From the NCBI RefSeq assembly GCF_000150275.1, contig NW_002060950.1:3028596-3092595 (forward strand): 64,000 bases of DNA. Reading direction: 5' to 3'. Source of the DNA: Trichoplax adhaerens (taxonomy: Eukaryota > Animalia > Placozoa). The translations under genes and the position numbers were made by a program. Of the stretch, positions 22,280 to 36,726 are shown one piece after another; the first letter of the stretch is position 1, and each line of letters opens with the position of its first letter. The notes beneath the pieces were generated by a model. It worked only from the letters and a program-made list of their open reading frames with translations. It ran no database searches and was not told where the DNA came from.

Positions 22280-24720
22280 TATTGATCGACAGCAATTTAC
22301 AATTTACGCCTTTGGAATAGATAATCAGATAACTGAGGTAATTTTCAATTAACTAAATAGAATATATAGCTAGATAATTTCGTTGGTAAGATGATATTTT
22401 AAATTTCTTGATAATAAGGTAAGCTATTAAAATATATTTGATATTCGACACCATATATATATTGCAAAATTAAGAGTTTATACAAAATGCAAGCTCAACT
22501 TCTTGTAGCACAATTCCGATAATAATAGTCTTGCATATTAAATATTTATCTGTTTTACAATCTTTACCATCTATAAACACTGCTAGTATGCTTTCCAATT
22601 ATGCAATTGCTATAGATGAGGTTATCTAACTTTTTTTCTAGGCAGTTTTTTATTTCTTGATACTAAACTTTATATGACTGAGAAATAGCTACCTTTAATT
22701 GGTTTGAATAAGGTCTGTTTCTTACGATATAAAATTTTAGAAATTTGAACGACAAGTTAAGAAAGCCTGCAAAGACTTTGGAATTGCCAGATATTATGTT
22801 CGAAATAAAGCTTGAGATCGTTACATAGGCAGTAAGAGAACATGCTGGAAGTTTGTATAAGTACGAGGGTAACTAGAGTTGGCCATAAAGTTGATTTCAT
22901 TTTTAAAACCAATGTACTTGGATAATGCACAAAACTCGACATCAGACTAGAACTAGCATTAGACTTTACTGATATAGACTGCAGACATCCAAGCATGTAC
23001 TAGCAGGAACGATCTAAAAATTCGTCAGAGGACAACTCTATTTTGCGGCTAGGAGCGAGATGAAATTAAGTAATATTGGGCATATACAGCTAACTAGACC
23101 AAGTGAATGTTGCTTATTTGATTGACCCTTTACGCTTAGCTACAAAGCTCGAAAGTATAGTGCACTAGTTCCTAAGCTTAGATGTATCATTTGAGCTTAG
23201 GAACAAGCTTACCATTGTTGTGTATGTGGTTTGTAATACTGCTTGAGTCAAGTATTAAACCTCGTACAATCTGTAGATAATGTAAAGTTTATAAATTACA
23301 AGAGTGAAATTGCATTTTAGGCGAATATAAAATGCTTGCAATTGTGCAACAGTATGTCATGAACCCATGGGAAATCTAGGAGAATCAGGCAATGTGCAAC
23401 TCAACATACTGTACAGTATATGGTCTAATAGATGCTTAACACATAATAAAAATTCTAAATATGTAAAAGCAATCTACTGTACTAACATATGTAATACAGT
23501 ATAACTACTTATCTTACATTAAGATATTTTCATGGAGATATTTAATAAATGCATTATCATTGAAATTATTAACCATATTTAAATAATTGCTTTTCAGTGG
23601 CAAGGATTAATTAACACCTAGTACTTATTACCATAAATTCTGTTTTAATAAATTAACTCGCATCACATGAGATTTTGATTATATATAATTATAGATTGAC
23701 ATTCATTTATAATACGCCATAAGCTACATAAAATTCTAGATTTGATGCTTAGAAATACGTTGATGTAACTTTGATGATTTGATGCTATTTTCAAAATACA
23801 GGCATATAGAAGATAACTCTGAAGAATATGTAATTAAAATTAATGGTCAGCCTGAGAAGAGTGCAGCTAAGTAATACTTTTCTTCGTTTACGAATATTTA
23901 GGCTCCTGGGATTGTCTTTGGATGAAAGAAGGAGGCTTAACGGGATGGTAAAGAATTGTATGAAAAAGGTAAATAATGTAAAGCATGGATGCTACTATGA
24001 TAAGATGATTGAAAAAAGTAAATTTCATCTGTCGCTAATTGCATTTTAAAACAAAGTAAAGAAAACTAATACGATATTTTTGGAAAAAGACTTATGAAAA
24101 TTGCTTCTTTGAAATCTTTCATTATTAATAATATTTGAGGCTGTTCGGTAAATTAACGCTATCAACCTTACTTTTCGTTAGGAAAGTAGAAGCCATCAAT
24201 TTACTAAAGGACTATAAATTCGATTATGGTCCGGCTTCGATCAAAATAATGGATCTTCCAACTGATCTACATCAAGTGAGAAGTTATATACTTTAGAATA
24301 TACGAGCGTATGTATAATTTGTTACTACTTCAAACTTTTTGTTACTGGTAAAACTATTTCATTTGGTATATCAACCAGGAGAACTTTCTAATCTAAGCGG
24401 AATAAAACTAAATAAGACGTAATAGACAAGTTAGTTCAAATTACTAATATACGAATGCATAGATCATTACAGCCGCCTAAGCGTGGTAGTTGTGTTACAG
24501 CATTTTTTTTTAAAATCCGTCATTTTACAAAATCACTATAATGTCGTCATTTAGTTAAAATTGCACTGTGGTCAAAATTTTGAAAGCCCAGAGTTCAGGT
24601 ATTCATAAATGTATAACTATCCGAAATATAGGAAATAAAAAGTGCAGCGGCTAAATCTATTTGATTTTGTCTATTCGAAGAAGTCTAGTAGATAATAAAT
24701 TCGGTTTAGGAGATATTTTA
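22280..24720 (+). pseudogene. Pseudogene of the same PARP14-like family; only the RRM exons are recognisable
   Basis: Exon homologues: 22280-22337 (FTIYAFGIDNQITE, intact); 22741-22856 (KFERQVKK...RYIGSKRTCWKFV; TGA at 22813, donor GT>AT); 23802-24017 (frameshift near 23838); 24182-24275 (ASIKIMDLPTDLHQ, intact); 24348-24418 (KLFHLVYQPG; acceptor AG>TG); faint exon-7 remnant at ~24620-24720. Confidence 0.8.
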
Positions 24721-26234
24721 GAACTACTTTGCACCAGTATTCTTTTGAAAAATCGGAAATATACCCTACTCTGATCAATGTGTCATAAAATAACGGTGAT
24801 ATTTGCTGGTGTCAAGTTCATTTCATCATTTCAAATGGAAAGAATGTATTTAATTCATTATTTCTTACATTGAAGATATTTCATGAATGTGGAAGATTCC
24901 TGTCGATTTTACTAGATTGTTGTCTATACGAATTCTATTTAAAGGTTAAAATTTACATTAGTACTCTTCATTAGTCGATTTCTGTTGTGCTTGTTCTAAT
25001 TCATACGATAGATAACGATTGGGGACGATTTGAAAGTAACCCTTCTCTTAATTATGGAATGGGTATATGAAAAAAATTGTGATCTCTGCTTGATGTGATC
25101 GTATTGCTGTTTGGACAAATGACATTCTTGACTGCTTATATTCCCTATATTAGATGTACATCATCGTCGAAACTGACTCTGTCTTCTTTCTCCATCTTGA
25201 CATTCAAACATAACACATTTGAGCATTGGAGTGATTTTCTTACAACTATATATTCACTTGCTTATATAGCGAGGCATCAAAGCTTGTTAAAGCTTACAAT
25301 TCTTTCCGATGTTATTACAGAGCCTTGTGGTATCTTCTTGCATTACTCATTCTTGAGTTGGTAACACCTTTTTAATACAATCCATAAGTTAAAAAATAAT
25401 CTCGATCTATACCGAAACAATATCCTATCACTCGAGTTCATTATTAGAATAATTCTTCAAAAATGCTGACACTGCAACTTATTGGCTAGCAGGCATTGTA
25501 AGCAAATCTAATTGATGCGGTAAACAAGGCAAGTTCCCCAACACTTCATTACCACGCCTTCCAAATCACCCCAGCGTATCTAACAAATACCTTGATGGAA
25601 TGTGTATTTTATTGCTTCATGATTGCAATTTTACTTTTTGCAATCGGTGCAGAGTGCGATATGTTATTAGCAACGAAAAATATTCTCTACAAAAAAAAGA
25701 GGAACATTTAGATTCTTTCTTGACATTTGTAAACGTGCAACTAATCTCAAAATAAAAGGGAGAGATTATATTCTAGCATTCTTATACAGAACGCCAGGGT
25801 TCGTTTAAATAGAAGCTATTACATATCAAAATCCATGCGATAAGGTATTTTGAAGTAGAGCATAGTAACAAGTTTAAGAGGCATTGCAAATTGATTGTCT
25901 TCTATACAGAGAATAGCCTTGTTTGTTATAACTTGCTTAGAAAGTTAAACAGGCCTAACTTTACTTTCGATCAGTGAAAGGTCAGAAAATCAACACCTTG
26001 GTAGGCTACGAAAAGGGTACTTTGCTCAGTAGGGGTTGCCTGATTTAGGGATTATTTGATTAAGAATAAACGCGAATTATTCAGCTAGTTTTAACAATTA
26101 GGTAGCCTAGCCTACGCTAATTGATCACCGTTTGATTTTTTAGCTTGCTTGTATTTTATAATCATTAATTTTGTAGACGATTCGATCCTTTAATAATTTC
26201 GATCAACTTGCAACTACACCTTTAACTATTACAA

Positions 26235-29200
26235 ATGGCTTCAGCAAGGTTTGTTCAACAAAATCATTGAGTCTGTTGCACCGCTGCATAAACGGCATCG
26301 CTATAATTAATTGATCATTGCAATTCTTGTCATTGTAATTTGATTCATTAGAATTACGCAGACAAAATAATTTTTTAACGCGATGGCTTTCTATCGTGAC
26401 CGTTTACCGTTTAGACTTTCTACCATGTCGACAGCTTCTTTGTTACATGTTGCTTAAACCTGGTGGCAATATAACATTGCTGCATTTTATTACCTATTTT
26501 ACCGCTTCTTCCTAGTCTTTATACTTTAAAATGAGTTGCTCGATCAAGTACAATAGTTACCTTGATATCTCGATCAAATTGGCCAGTAGTTAAAAGACCT
26601 CGAATATTTAAACTACTGCTATTCGAGATTTAGTTTTAACATTAGAGGGTAATAAAGGCTAGTTAATCAACATATTAAGATTTTTTTTTAATTTGACTAA
26701 TGCTTTCGTTCATTTAATTTAGTTCTTAATTAATCGCGTATTTTGGATGTGCTATGCTATGCGATACCGTTGCCAAATAGAAAATTGAAAGAGATTGTAA
26801 TAGTTAACATACGCTACTGCGATTACAGATTAGTTCGCCATCAGGAACAGATGGCGTAAAGATAACTTACACTGTCTACCTTCCTCATGTTACCCATATT
26901 ATTGTCATTACGTATTATTGCTGTACTATCGTAGCGATGCAATCAGTTAATTTCAAGCAAACTATTATTCTAATGCATATTATAGATCAAAAGAGCATTG
27001 CTTGTATGTATGTGGAATTGAACACGATGTCCTGCAGGTAACGTATAGGAAAGCTGAATGAGGCTTCCATTTGTAATGATTGTCTAATAGACATTACAAC
27101 ATCTTTTAGGACTTAGTAATCATGTTTAGGCAGATTAGATTAAAGTTTACCTTGGCAAGTTGGTTACGTACCAGTACTGTATTTACAATTGCTTTCCTTT
27201 CTGAATAATTTGGTAGACTAATTCTAGAGCAAGTCGCTATTCATGTACTGCAATCTTTCACTTGAAATGATTAATTACATTAGATACACAGAGCAGGACA
27301 TTAAAGAAAATTCACTGCTAGATTATTTGTTACTACTGCATATAGGTTACGGCCAATGTTCAAATAGTCTGATTCCTGAATATGCATTTTTCCCCATACT
27401 ACAATCTTTCGCTATAATGATTAGCATCACGCTGATTAGTTAGTTAAAAATCAACTATTAGCTTTACCAAGATTAGTACTGACCCACCAGTATGAGTCTT
27501 AAATTAGCTTTTTCTTATATTGCAATCTCTTGCCTCTAGTAATAGATTAAAATAGTTTCTATTTTCAAAATAATTCAATATATAGACTTCTGAATGGGCA
27601 TCTTAATATTGTACACTAATTACCGTTCCATCGTTTCTCCCTTGCAATTAAACTAGCAACCCAGTAGACTGACTCCTAAATAAGCTCCTTTTTCTTATAT
27701 CACAATCTTTGGCTGTATTGATTAATTTTATAAAGGATGTTGCCATGCAAATATCAAGTAGAGCAGTAATGACATTGATGGTCTAAAATACAATTATTAA
27801 TATTTTTAGCTCTGGTAGTGATGAGCGTTTTACTTTCAAACTAGTCAAGTAGAATGAGTCTTGGCTTAGTTTCTTTTCTTATGTTTCATCGTCTTGCTTA
27901 AAATAGTTGCCATTTTCAACATAACTCAGTAGACTAACTCCTGAATGAGTTTCTTCTTCAAATATTGCAATTTTTCGTTCAAATGATCAATTTCATCATA
28001 TTTGCAGCCATAGCAAAGGCGGTGCTATTGAACAACAAAAATATCAAGTGGCAATAACATTGAAAGTTCAAATTTACAATTATAATTATTAGCATTTATA
28101 GTAATGAACTTCTTCAAAATGTTTATTTACCTGAAATTTTTAAACAATGCTTAAAATACTAAAGGAATTTGAAATTCAAGTCCATGAAATTATAAGTGAA
28201 GCTCGTATTAAATTTTACAAATACATAGGAACAGGAAAAGATGATTGGCGATTTGCGTAAGTACTGAACTGAAAAGAAATTGACAGTGTTTGTATTATTA
28301 TCAAATCCTAATTAGAAAATAAAATGAGACAGAAGCAATACGGCAAGAAGTTGATCTAATCTAGTACATATCATTAAAACGTCCTTGCTTTTCATGAAAA
28401 TTTCGGAATAGAAGACTGATTTTAATAGTCTCTAGCAGCTTATAGAAATAACAGATTCTGGATTATATCAGCACAGTGATTTGTCTCCACCACTGTACGA
28501 TGTTAATTAAGTTCCAATTTAGCTATAGATCTAGCTAAGTAGCTTCTTCTAGGACAGTTGAAAGCAGTTCGGTAAGAGAGATGGATGGCATTTAACGTCT
28601 AACAGAACTTTCTATTGTGAATAGGAAAATTGGAGTCGCTAAACGAAAGCAAGTCATTCAGTTGATGGTAAACTTGAGGGGAAATAAAGTTGGGAATAGC
28701 AAATTAGGCTTAGTCGTTTATTTACCACTAGAATTATCTCTAAAAGTCCGAAATAAAGTGGAAAAAAAAGTCAAAGATGAAATGATAGCATTAGATCGGC
28801 TTCGAGGAGGCTGCTTTTATGCAATGGAAACAGAAATCATGTATGTCCAATCTATTTTTAATTAACCTTCTGGCTGATGATCATTAAGATTGATAAAGTA
28901 AATTGATGTAATTGGCCTTTAGATTTAAGTACGTTATGACAATGTTGCCAAAGGATTTCTTTTAATTTCTGCACTTACAGAAAAGCTTTCGCTAAAGAAA
29001 ATTTACCATCTGACACTTTAAAGAATTTAAGAACAACTATCAAAGTGAATAACATCCCAAAAGCAATAGAGCAGGTTTTACCCTAGAATAATAAAGATTT
29101 TCAATTCTTAACGACACTATAGCATATAGGTCAAGCTTACTATACTCTCATCAATATGATACTATTTATTTTACTACTACTAAATCCAGATGGAACTATT

Positions 29201-32200
29201 GCATTTGTTTGGCCAAGTCGGAAAAGTAGAAGAGCTGTATAGACTAAACCATGAAGAAGTGTAGGGATTGAATTTATAGTAGTTAATAATCATGTTACTA
29301 AATTATATGAAGTCATTTTTGCAATCTTACGTGATACTTTGGGGTTGCACGTCATCACTTTGATAACCTTTATAGAAGTCTATCTGATGCTTGTTTAAAT
29401 AATGTCTTTTTATCTTAATGCATTTAATAGATTAATTAGTAATAGCTCTGAAGCATCGATACAAGTACTCGAAATAAAGAATTATTACAGTAATCTAATG
29501 CGCTCAGTCAATCTTAGTTATTGAATTTTATAACTTGAAGGATATCAATTTAAGCTGGCGAATTCGAATTTAGAATTTTTCAAGCTCCAGTAAAAAACAT
29601 TTTCTCAAAATTATTTCCAATCTTTTAGGCTAGTTGCGTATCGTCAGCAATCGGAAGCGGCTATTGCTATGCTGTGCCTAGAAAACTTTGAAATTATTGA
29701 TGACAAGCCGATATCACTGGAAATCCATGATAATCCCATGATTGCTGATACTATCAATGAAGTAGTTTATAAAGTACGTCAAAAGATTAACACGGAAGAT
29801 AGAAAGCAGTGGTACGAAGGGACTCAAAAATTTCGATTCAGTAGAGATTCTCCCCTATCTGCAACGCTTTTAAGTGATTCTGAGAATATGGAAATAGAAG
29901 ATTGTGAAAGTAAGTCAAGTCGATTGCAAGTAGCAGAAAATGAGCTAATGGTTAAGCATGAAGACAAAAAAGCTATCTCGCAAGTATCCGAAGATATGCC
30001 TGTAGCGAACCTTGAAGGTAAAAAAGGTATTTCTCAAGTATCCGAAGAAGTGCCAGCAGTGAAGCATGAAGATAAAAAAGATGTTCGAAAAAATGGCCAC
30101 CAAAATCTGAAAGTACACGAAAATAATGAGAAAACACCAAATGACTACCGAAACTGCTCCAAAGGTACTGTATATAACCTATTAAGGAAATGAGTCATGC
30201 ACCAGCAATTTCGGATGATGATGATGAAAGTCCTAAATAATTAATCAGTATTTGACAAAGTGGTCAACCGAATTGAATTATTAGGAGTTAAAACTTGGAG
30301 TATCCTCTTCGAAATCAAGCAATTTCTAATTTAAATATAACGTAGACAGTTTAATTCATAGTTACCGTAATAATCGTTTATGTAGAGGGATAGAATCTCT
30401 TAGCTGCACCTAATCAAAATAATATGGAAAAATCGAGCCTAAAGTCATTGATGTCGTCATAGATCATTCTATCGTTTTCCGAAATTGATATTTATCCTAT
30501 CATCTGTGGTAATTATAGGTTATGGCGATTTAACTTGCATGGCGGTACAATATCGGCTTGCTCAAGAATGTAGTAAAGCGAATGATAAATTAACAGGTGT
30601 ATCAGCAGATTGTGATCAAATGGGAATAGATTTTTCCGACCAAGTCGATTCGGAGTCACACGGCAATGTCATAATGGTTCAACAAGAACTTGAAATATCC
30701 ACTGTTGTGCATTTTCTTATTCAGCAGACTGAGTTAGAAGAAAGATTAAAGGAAAATGGCTGTGATACCCGTTTCCAGTATACTGATATAAATAATGATA
30801 GAAGTATTCGATTGATTGTGCATATGGCCCCTGAAGATCAAGAGCACATCAGTAAAATGCTATCAAGTTATACTAAATGCTTTATTTGCGATAGCCATAA
30901 AGATTTACAACATCAAATATCAACTTTTATAGCTTTAAGTCTTGAAAAGCAAATGCTAATTAACGAATATCTGCGGTTTAATGACGTTAAAGCTGGTATC
31001 ATGTCTAATGGTGGCAATCAGTCGGTGTCCATCGTTGCCCTTAACGCAAAGGCCTATCAGCAAGCTCTCTCTAGTATGAGAGAAATGTTTTGCAGCCAAG
31101 TAACCAGAGTCGATATTGATAACCTATTCTCTCGGCCGGATTTCCATATGTTTATGAATGGATTAAGAAATTCTTTAACTGCAAGTAATGATATTCATCT
31201 GGAAGGTGAATGCAGCGACAATTTTAACTTCTGTAAAATTATCGTCACTGGAAGTCGATGCGATGTTTCTAATGTGGTTAAAATCATTCAATGTAACTTA
31301 AATAGTTATAAAGTCATTGATTATATAATTCCGAATGCTCCAACATTATACACGAAATATTTGCAATTGTATTTGCCAGAAGAGCTTCAATTGCTGGAAC
31401 AATTATGCGGCTGTAATGTTCAATTTGAGATGATCAATGAACACTATGCAAACATATCCATTAAATGTAGTCAAGTATTTTCATCAGTCATTGCTAAGAA
31501 GATGAGAGAACTGATTGATAAAAGCAGTGACATAGAAAGCAATGAAATGCTGCGCGCAAAATTAATGTCTCAGGACATTTTTGGTGATGATGGTAAAGTC
31601 AAAGTTTCGCTAAATGAGGAAGAAGATGCAATTGCTACGACTTATGTTCAATGCCAAATGTAGGTAGCATAAGTGATTCCCATTAAATTTTGATCGCCAT
31701 TAAGTCTTTGTTCAAATTTTTAGGTCAGGTTGAAATTTAGATGTTAAAATGAATAATTTCAGTGACGCAAGTAATGCTGCATCATGCAGAATTGCTAAAA
31801 ATGATATTTTTGTGGCTTTCTAATTATTATGTATAAATTCCAATTAATTCTAGCGACATCAATCAGCGAGACGAAGAAACCACAATTCGACAAGGCAACG
31901 ATACTCATAATTTGAACACAATGTCTGAAAACACTTCTCATTGCAATCTTGAAATGGATCAGTTAAAAGATGAAAAACGAATTTTTGCTGATGTGAATAA
32001 AGATAATTGCGAAGAGTGAGTACAGCCGTTTGCAGTTTCACTTAAGAGGATTTTAAATGTCAGTAAAAGCACAGCTATACTATTATGAAATTGATAATTC
32101 ATATGAGATATTTTGACTGAAAAGTATTCAGGCGCATTACATAACCAGAGTCATGCTCTGATCAGATTTGAAATAGTCATTTGTTACTAATAGGACTACT

Positions 32201-33428
32201 ATAATTCAATACAGACAGCCTAATCAAGCTACTGTTTCGTGCGAGCTCAAGGAACCAAATAACCAAAGCAGAACTGATGGAGAAAATAGCGAAACCATTT
32301 GTACAAGAGAAGCTGCTCAAAGCATCGATGGTAGCCAAGCTGAATTAGGTAGTTTACAAGATGAAAAAGAAAGCGTATATGCGGTGATATATTATGAACG
32401 TGAAAAGTAAGTAGGAAACGGATTAGATTATAGTCAAATATCTAACGGTAGAGTAAACCTATAAATAATGAAGATTATGTAGCTTATATCTGTCTATATT
32501 CATGCTAATTTATTATCGCTAATACTTTGCTATATTTATAATGTGATGTAAAATAACTGTACTTTTTATATTAGTAATCGAAGTAAGATCAGTTATTCCA
32601 AGAAAGATACGAAAGTAAGGGGAAGAAATTATGCTAATTCTGAAACAACCGAAAATCTTTCGAAAGATAATACCAAAGTAAATCTTTATTCATCGTTATT
32701 GGCCCATAATGGTTATAATAGGAGCGATAAAGTCATTAAATTAGTAAAAGGAAATCTTGAAAAAGAGGGTACTAAAGTACGTACATACAGTGAACTCTGA
32801 GTATAAAGCTCATTTAATGATGTTATGAAGGTGATTAATGTCCCTCCAATTATTATCATAGGCAGATGCTATCATTAACTTCATAAAATTGAAAAAATAT
32901 CACATTGGGGAAATTGGAAAGGTATTACATCGCATTGGCGGGCTCGAGTACCGTTTTGATTCCCATCAAAATTTAAAACATCTTACTATTGATGAAATTG
33001 GAACCAGTAAGGGTTGTTATTTTGGCTGCAAGAGAGTTTACCATATTCCATCTTTAGGCTTCAATCACTCGATATCGGTAAAGTATAGAAAATAATTATG
33101 ATGCCTTATGTTTAACGAAACACTTGTTTAATATCACTAATAGCCGATCGTAAATTTTTAGTGGTTCATTGATCGAATTGAGAATTGCTTGGAAAAAGCC
33201 CATACAGACTCGATGAATTCCATAGCAATACCAATGTATGGCAGTCCTGTGTTTTGTTCTGATATCAACAACCTATCTCAAGAAATAGTCATGATTATTT
33301 CCAAATTTTATGAAAAATATCAGCAAATGTCGCCATTACAATCTATCCATCTTATTATTCCACCCAGTAAATTAGACTGCTATGAGGCTGTAAAGTCTGT
33401 GATAATGTCTTTTGAGTTGCTTGTTTAA
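26235..33428 (+). CDS. G3: truncated PARP14-like protein, RRM-RRM-KH-like array-single macrodomain, no WWE or ART
   Basis: Exons 26235-26248, 26986-27037, 28165-28256, 28625-28840, 28981-29074, 29190-29260, 29629-30164, 30519-31659, 32215-32406, 32575-32776, 32862-33077, 33162-33428 (1030 aa, frame-consistent). Exon sizes 52/92/216/94/71/216 match G1. Stop follows the last macro helix; AATAAA at 33547. Confidence 0.83.
27480..28110 (+). repeat. Degenerate tandem repeat (~80 bp units, ~265 bp higher order) in G3 intron 2
   Basis: Recurring AACCCAGTAGA(A/C)TGA(G/C)TC...TTTTCTTATATTGCAATC-like units at ~27480, 27570, 27657, 27842, 27922; aaatatcaagt...acattga...tacaattat at ~27749 and ~28039. 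Confidence 0.7.
29951..30080 (+). repeat. Coding tandem repeat, ~2.4 x 18 aa (54 nt) in the G3 linker
   Basis: VKHEDKKAISQVSEDMPV / ANLEGKKGISQVSEEVPA / VKHEDKK. Confidence 0.85.
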
Positions 33429-36400
33429 TCGTCGAGATGATTTAGTACCGATTAGTGACTGACTTATTGGTAAACATGCAGTGATATTATGAATGAGTAG
33501 TGAAATATAGTTCTAACTTTGATGCAGTACATAAAATACTTACTTTAATAAACATCTATGAATTTGATCAACTTCTAAGAAATCAGATTTAGCAGGTGTA
33601 CAGTGTTTTCAATTAATGCGATGCTTTGCAACTGTAATTGCTGCTGATTGCACATTATGTTTTATCGAAATGCTATCAGGATTGAACTATAGCAATTTCC
33701 AATAGAACTACTTGACTATTAGAGCTTAATTCAGTTTTAAACTCTTTACGAATTGAATCATTGACCTAATCATGACCTTCTTACAATAATATATCGTTAC
33801 TAATTGATATGCTAGATCTAGTTAATAAATTTTGAAGTTTAGAGGAGCGAATATAGTTTACTCTGTTTGCAGGTTCTATTTTTCAAAACATAGTTATAAT
33901 GAGATGATAGAGTTACGTAATTATCTGGTTAGACTAGGATGCAACTAAAATTTCTAAGTAGTTATTTTTAATGTCTTATTTCCATGAGTGCCAATCAGTA
34001 AGTAAATTTGAAGCATATCATGGTTAATTCGACGACTGGTGTTTAAATTGAATAAAAGACAAATTCTCTTATAAATGCAAGAATTAATAAACTGATGTTG
34101 CCACAGAATACTTTCTGGCAAGTTTGCTCGTCTATCGTAAAGCACTTATTTTCAGTTGTTTCTATTGATTACTACCCTAGTCTGCCTAAAGAACTAGTAA
34201 GAATATAGCGCTGCTACTATAACACCTAAGAACTACCCTTCTGAAAGGTTCACAACCAACTATAATGCTAAAATACTCAGTATAACAATACTTCCTTAAA
34301 CTCTATAATTTAGGTAATATCATTCCGTAATAGATGTGTTTTTCTTCTATATTGTAAGTTGAATATGGTTTAGCCACTGCAGAAGTATTGTAGAATGTTT
34401 TATAATTTCATATAGAAATTGATCATTTGTTCATTGAAATAAAAGTAAGCATATACTAGTATTGAACAGTTGTCTCTTAAACCATTCTTAGTTGTTATCC
34501 TATCTTGCCTTTGATAAATAGTTGAAAGAAATCAAAATTGCATCATCAAAGAAGGAGCTATCCCAACGTAAATAAGAGCAGTGCTTACACGTAGATACTC
34601 ATAGCTTGATTGATTAGACTAAACTGGCAATGGAATAACTCGACTATTTTTCATACGTTTATTATCATACGATGTCGTAATACTTTTAATTACTAACATC
34701 CTAGAATAGACAGTGCTGGTAGCAGTATTAATTCGCAGCTTGGACGACGTTAATTTAAAGAAAATTTTTGAAATCAATTTTTAAACATCGTAAAAAATTG
34801 TATATGGAACGTGAGTTATGGATAGACTGCCTATTTCATTTACATCTCAATAGCATTCAAGTTGTTCAACATTGGTATTCACGTTTGTCAGAACCAGTAT
34901 ATGATTGCTAGCATATTTGACTTTAAAAAGTTACTTTTACATTAGTATCGTTGCTTTTGAAGTCATAATTCTTATATCATTTCGCGATATAAGAAAAAGT
35001 TGTTTTTTTATTAAGAATTGAAGGAAATATTATTATCATGCTAGTCTTAATTTTGTGATTCATCTTTTAACTAATGTTGATTTTGCATTAAATCAATGTA
35101 AAATTTGAAAACAATGATATCATAAAATACATTCTATTCGTAATAGAATTAAAATTAGAATTACTTAATTAGTCATTACGTCTTTCATAACTAAGCTATA
35201 ATTACAATTCATCAATTATCAATAATGCTATCTCTATTACTTGTTTAAACTTATGATATATCTACTTCATCTATTCGTTATTGTGAATCTTAGCTGAGTT
35301 ACGGATGTAGAGTAGTCTTGTAGTCTTTGATCTATCGAAAGTAGTAACTTTACAGTACAGAATTCTCCTAGTTTTAAGAGCATTGATACTAAATGCTTAC
35401 AGTAGGGGACATAATAATTAATTTTTTTTCCAGGAGTAATCAGAATATACCGAAACATTTACATTACTATTACGATTTTACTCTCGAAGAATTATAGTAA
35501 TAGAAGAAGTTCTTCTAAGTAAAATTACTTAGAAGCTATAGCATTGTAGGTAAGCGAAGGTTGTTATTTTATTAAGGTTATCCTGGCGGTCAATATTTAC
35601 AACATTATTCTATAATTATTTAATTTTAGAATGTAAACTGTATTTACAGTAAATAAGTAGGGGAAATTTGCCTTCTTTAGTGAAATAGTGATAGACACTT
35701 TGAGTAGACGGCGAAATTTAAGGTACCCAATAAATTTGTAGCGCTTACAATTCGAATGATCTATCCAGCTCAATTTTTAAGCTTCATGAATTAATCATGA
35801 AATTGATCAATTATACAAAACTTCTGCTCCATTCGAAAGTACGAAGTATTTGCTCAAGATCGTCGAGAGGTATAATTTTAATTCGAAATGCAGACTAAAA
35901 GCCTATATTAATTTCATAATATCATAACTTCTGTAATGCCTAAATAGCACGATCAATCGGAGCTATTCAAACCTAAATTGACTGATTAGGCCTTATTTTT
36001 AGTAATTGTTATGGTAATCATGATAAATCGCCTACCCTATAACTAGTCTTACCCTGAAAAACTATTCTCAATCAGCCTCATAATCTTCTCTGTCACAATT
36101 TGAGGTACTACCCATTCTATTCATTTGGTGCACAAATAATACAATGCTGCATATGGTGTGATATCAAACAAAAGTGCCAATATAAATGTGACAAAAGTGA
36201 TTGGGGCTCGATTAGCCTTAATTATTATTGTAAAAAAGATTCTATTTACACAGACTGGCTACTCGAAAAATGAGTACAATATCTTTCTATTCGGTAAGAA
36301 CGAGTTCAAGGAGTTACTTAATGTAGACCTTAGAGGTAATTGTAATTCTTATATAGAGTAGTCTTAAAAGCACGCATACTGCATAAGGTGGAGTCTAAAT

Positions 36401-36726
36401 TGGGTTAAAAAAAACCTATTTCGATTGTTGGACCAACCCATAGACTCTATTTAAGAGCACAACTAGCCAGTCAGTATCAAAGGCCATCAAAAATAAAAAA
36501 GCCCCATGCAAATTTATGCACGCTGCAGGGGTTATAGTATTCAAAGCCTGTTTAGAACTTGATAAAAAACTCAATCTAACGATTCCTAATGATTCCCTTA
36601 GCTTAAGCTGAGTTATCGTTACGCTATTTTTCATCCGTAAATTATTTTTTCTTAATGTACAATTTCTAAAATTGCTAACCTTTTAAGATTGAAATCAAGA
36701 TTTAACGCCATCTTCAATATTGGTAA

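Noticed and set aside
22738-22930. Minus-strand SOCS-box-like peptide (FQHVLL...LAIPKSLQAFL) and ORF 22757-22996
   Set aside because: The peptide contains two stops and is antisense to pseudogene exon 3, which explains the sequence better.
25400-26234. Possible immune-response promoter elements (ISRE, GAS or NF-kB-like) upstream of the genes
   Set aside because: No motif clearly shared across paralogues could be established by eye; short AT-rich matches are not significant without a PWM scan.
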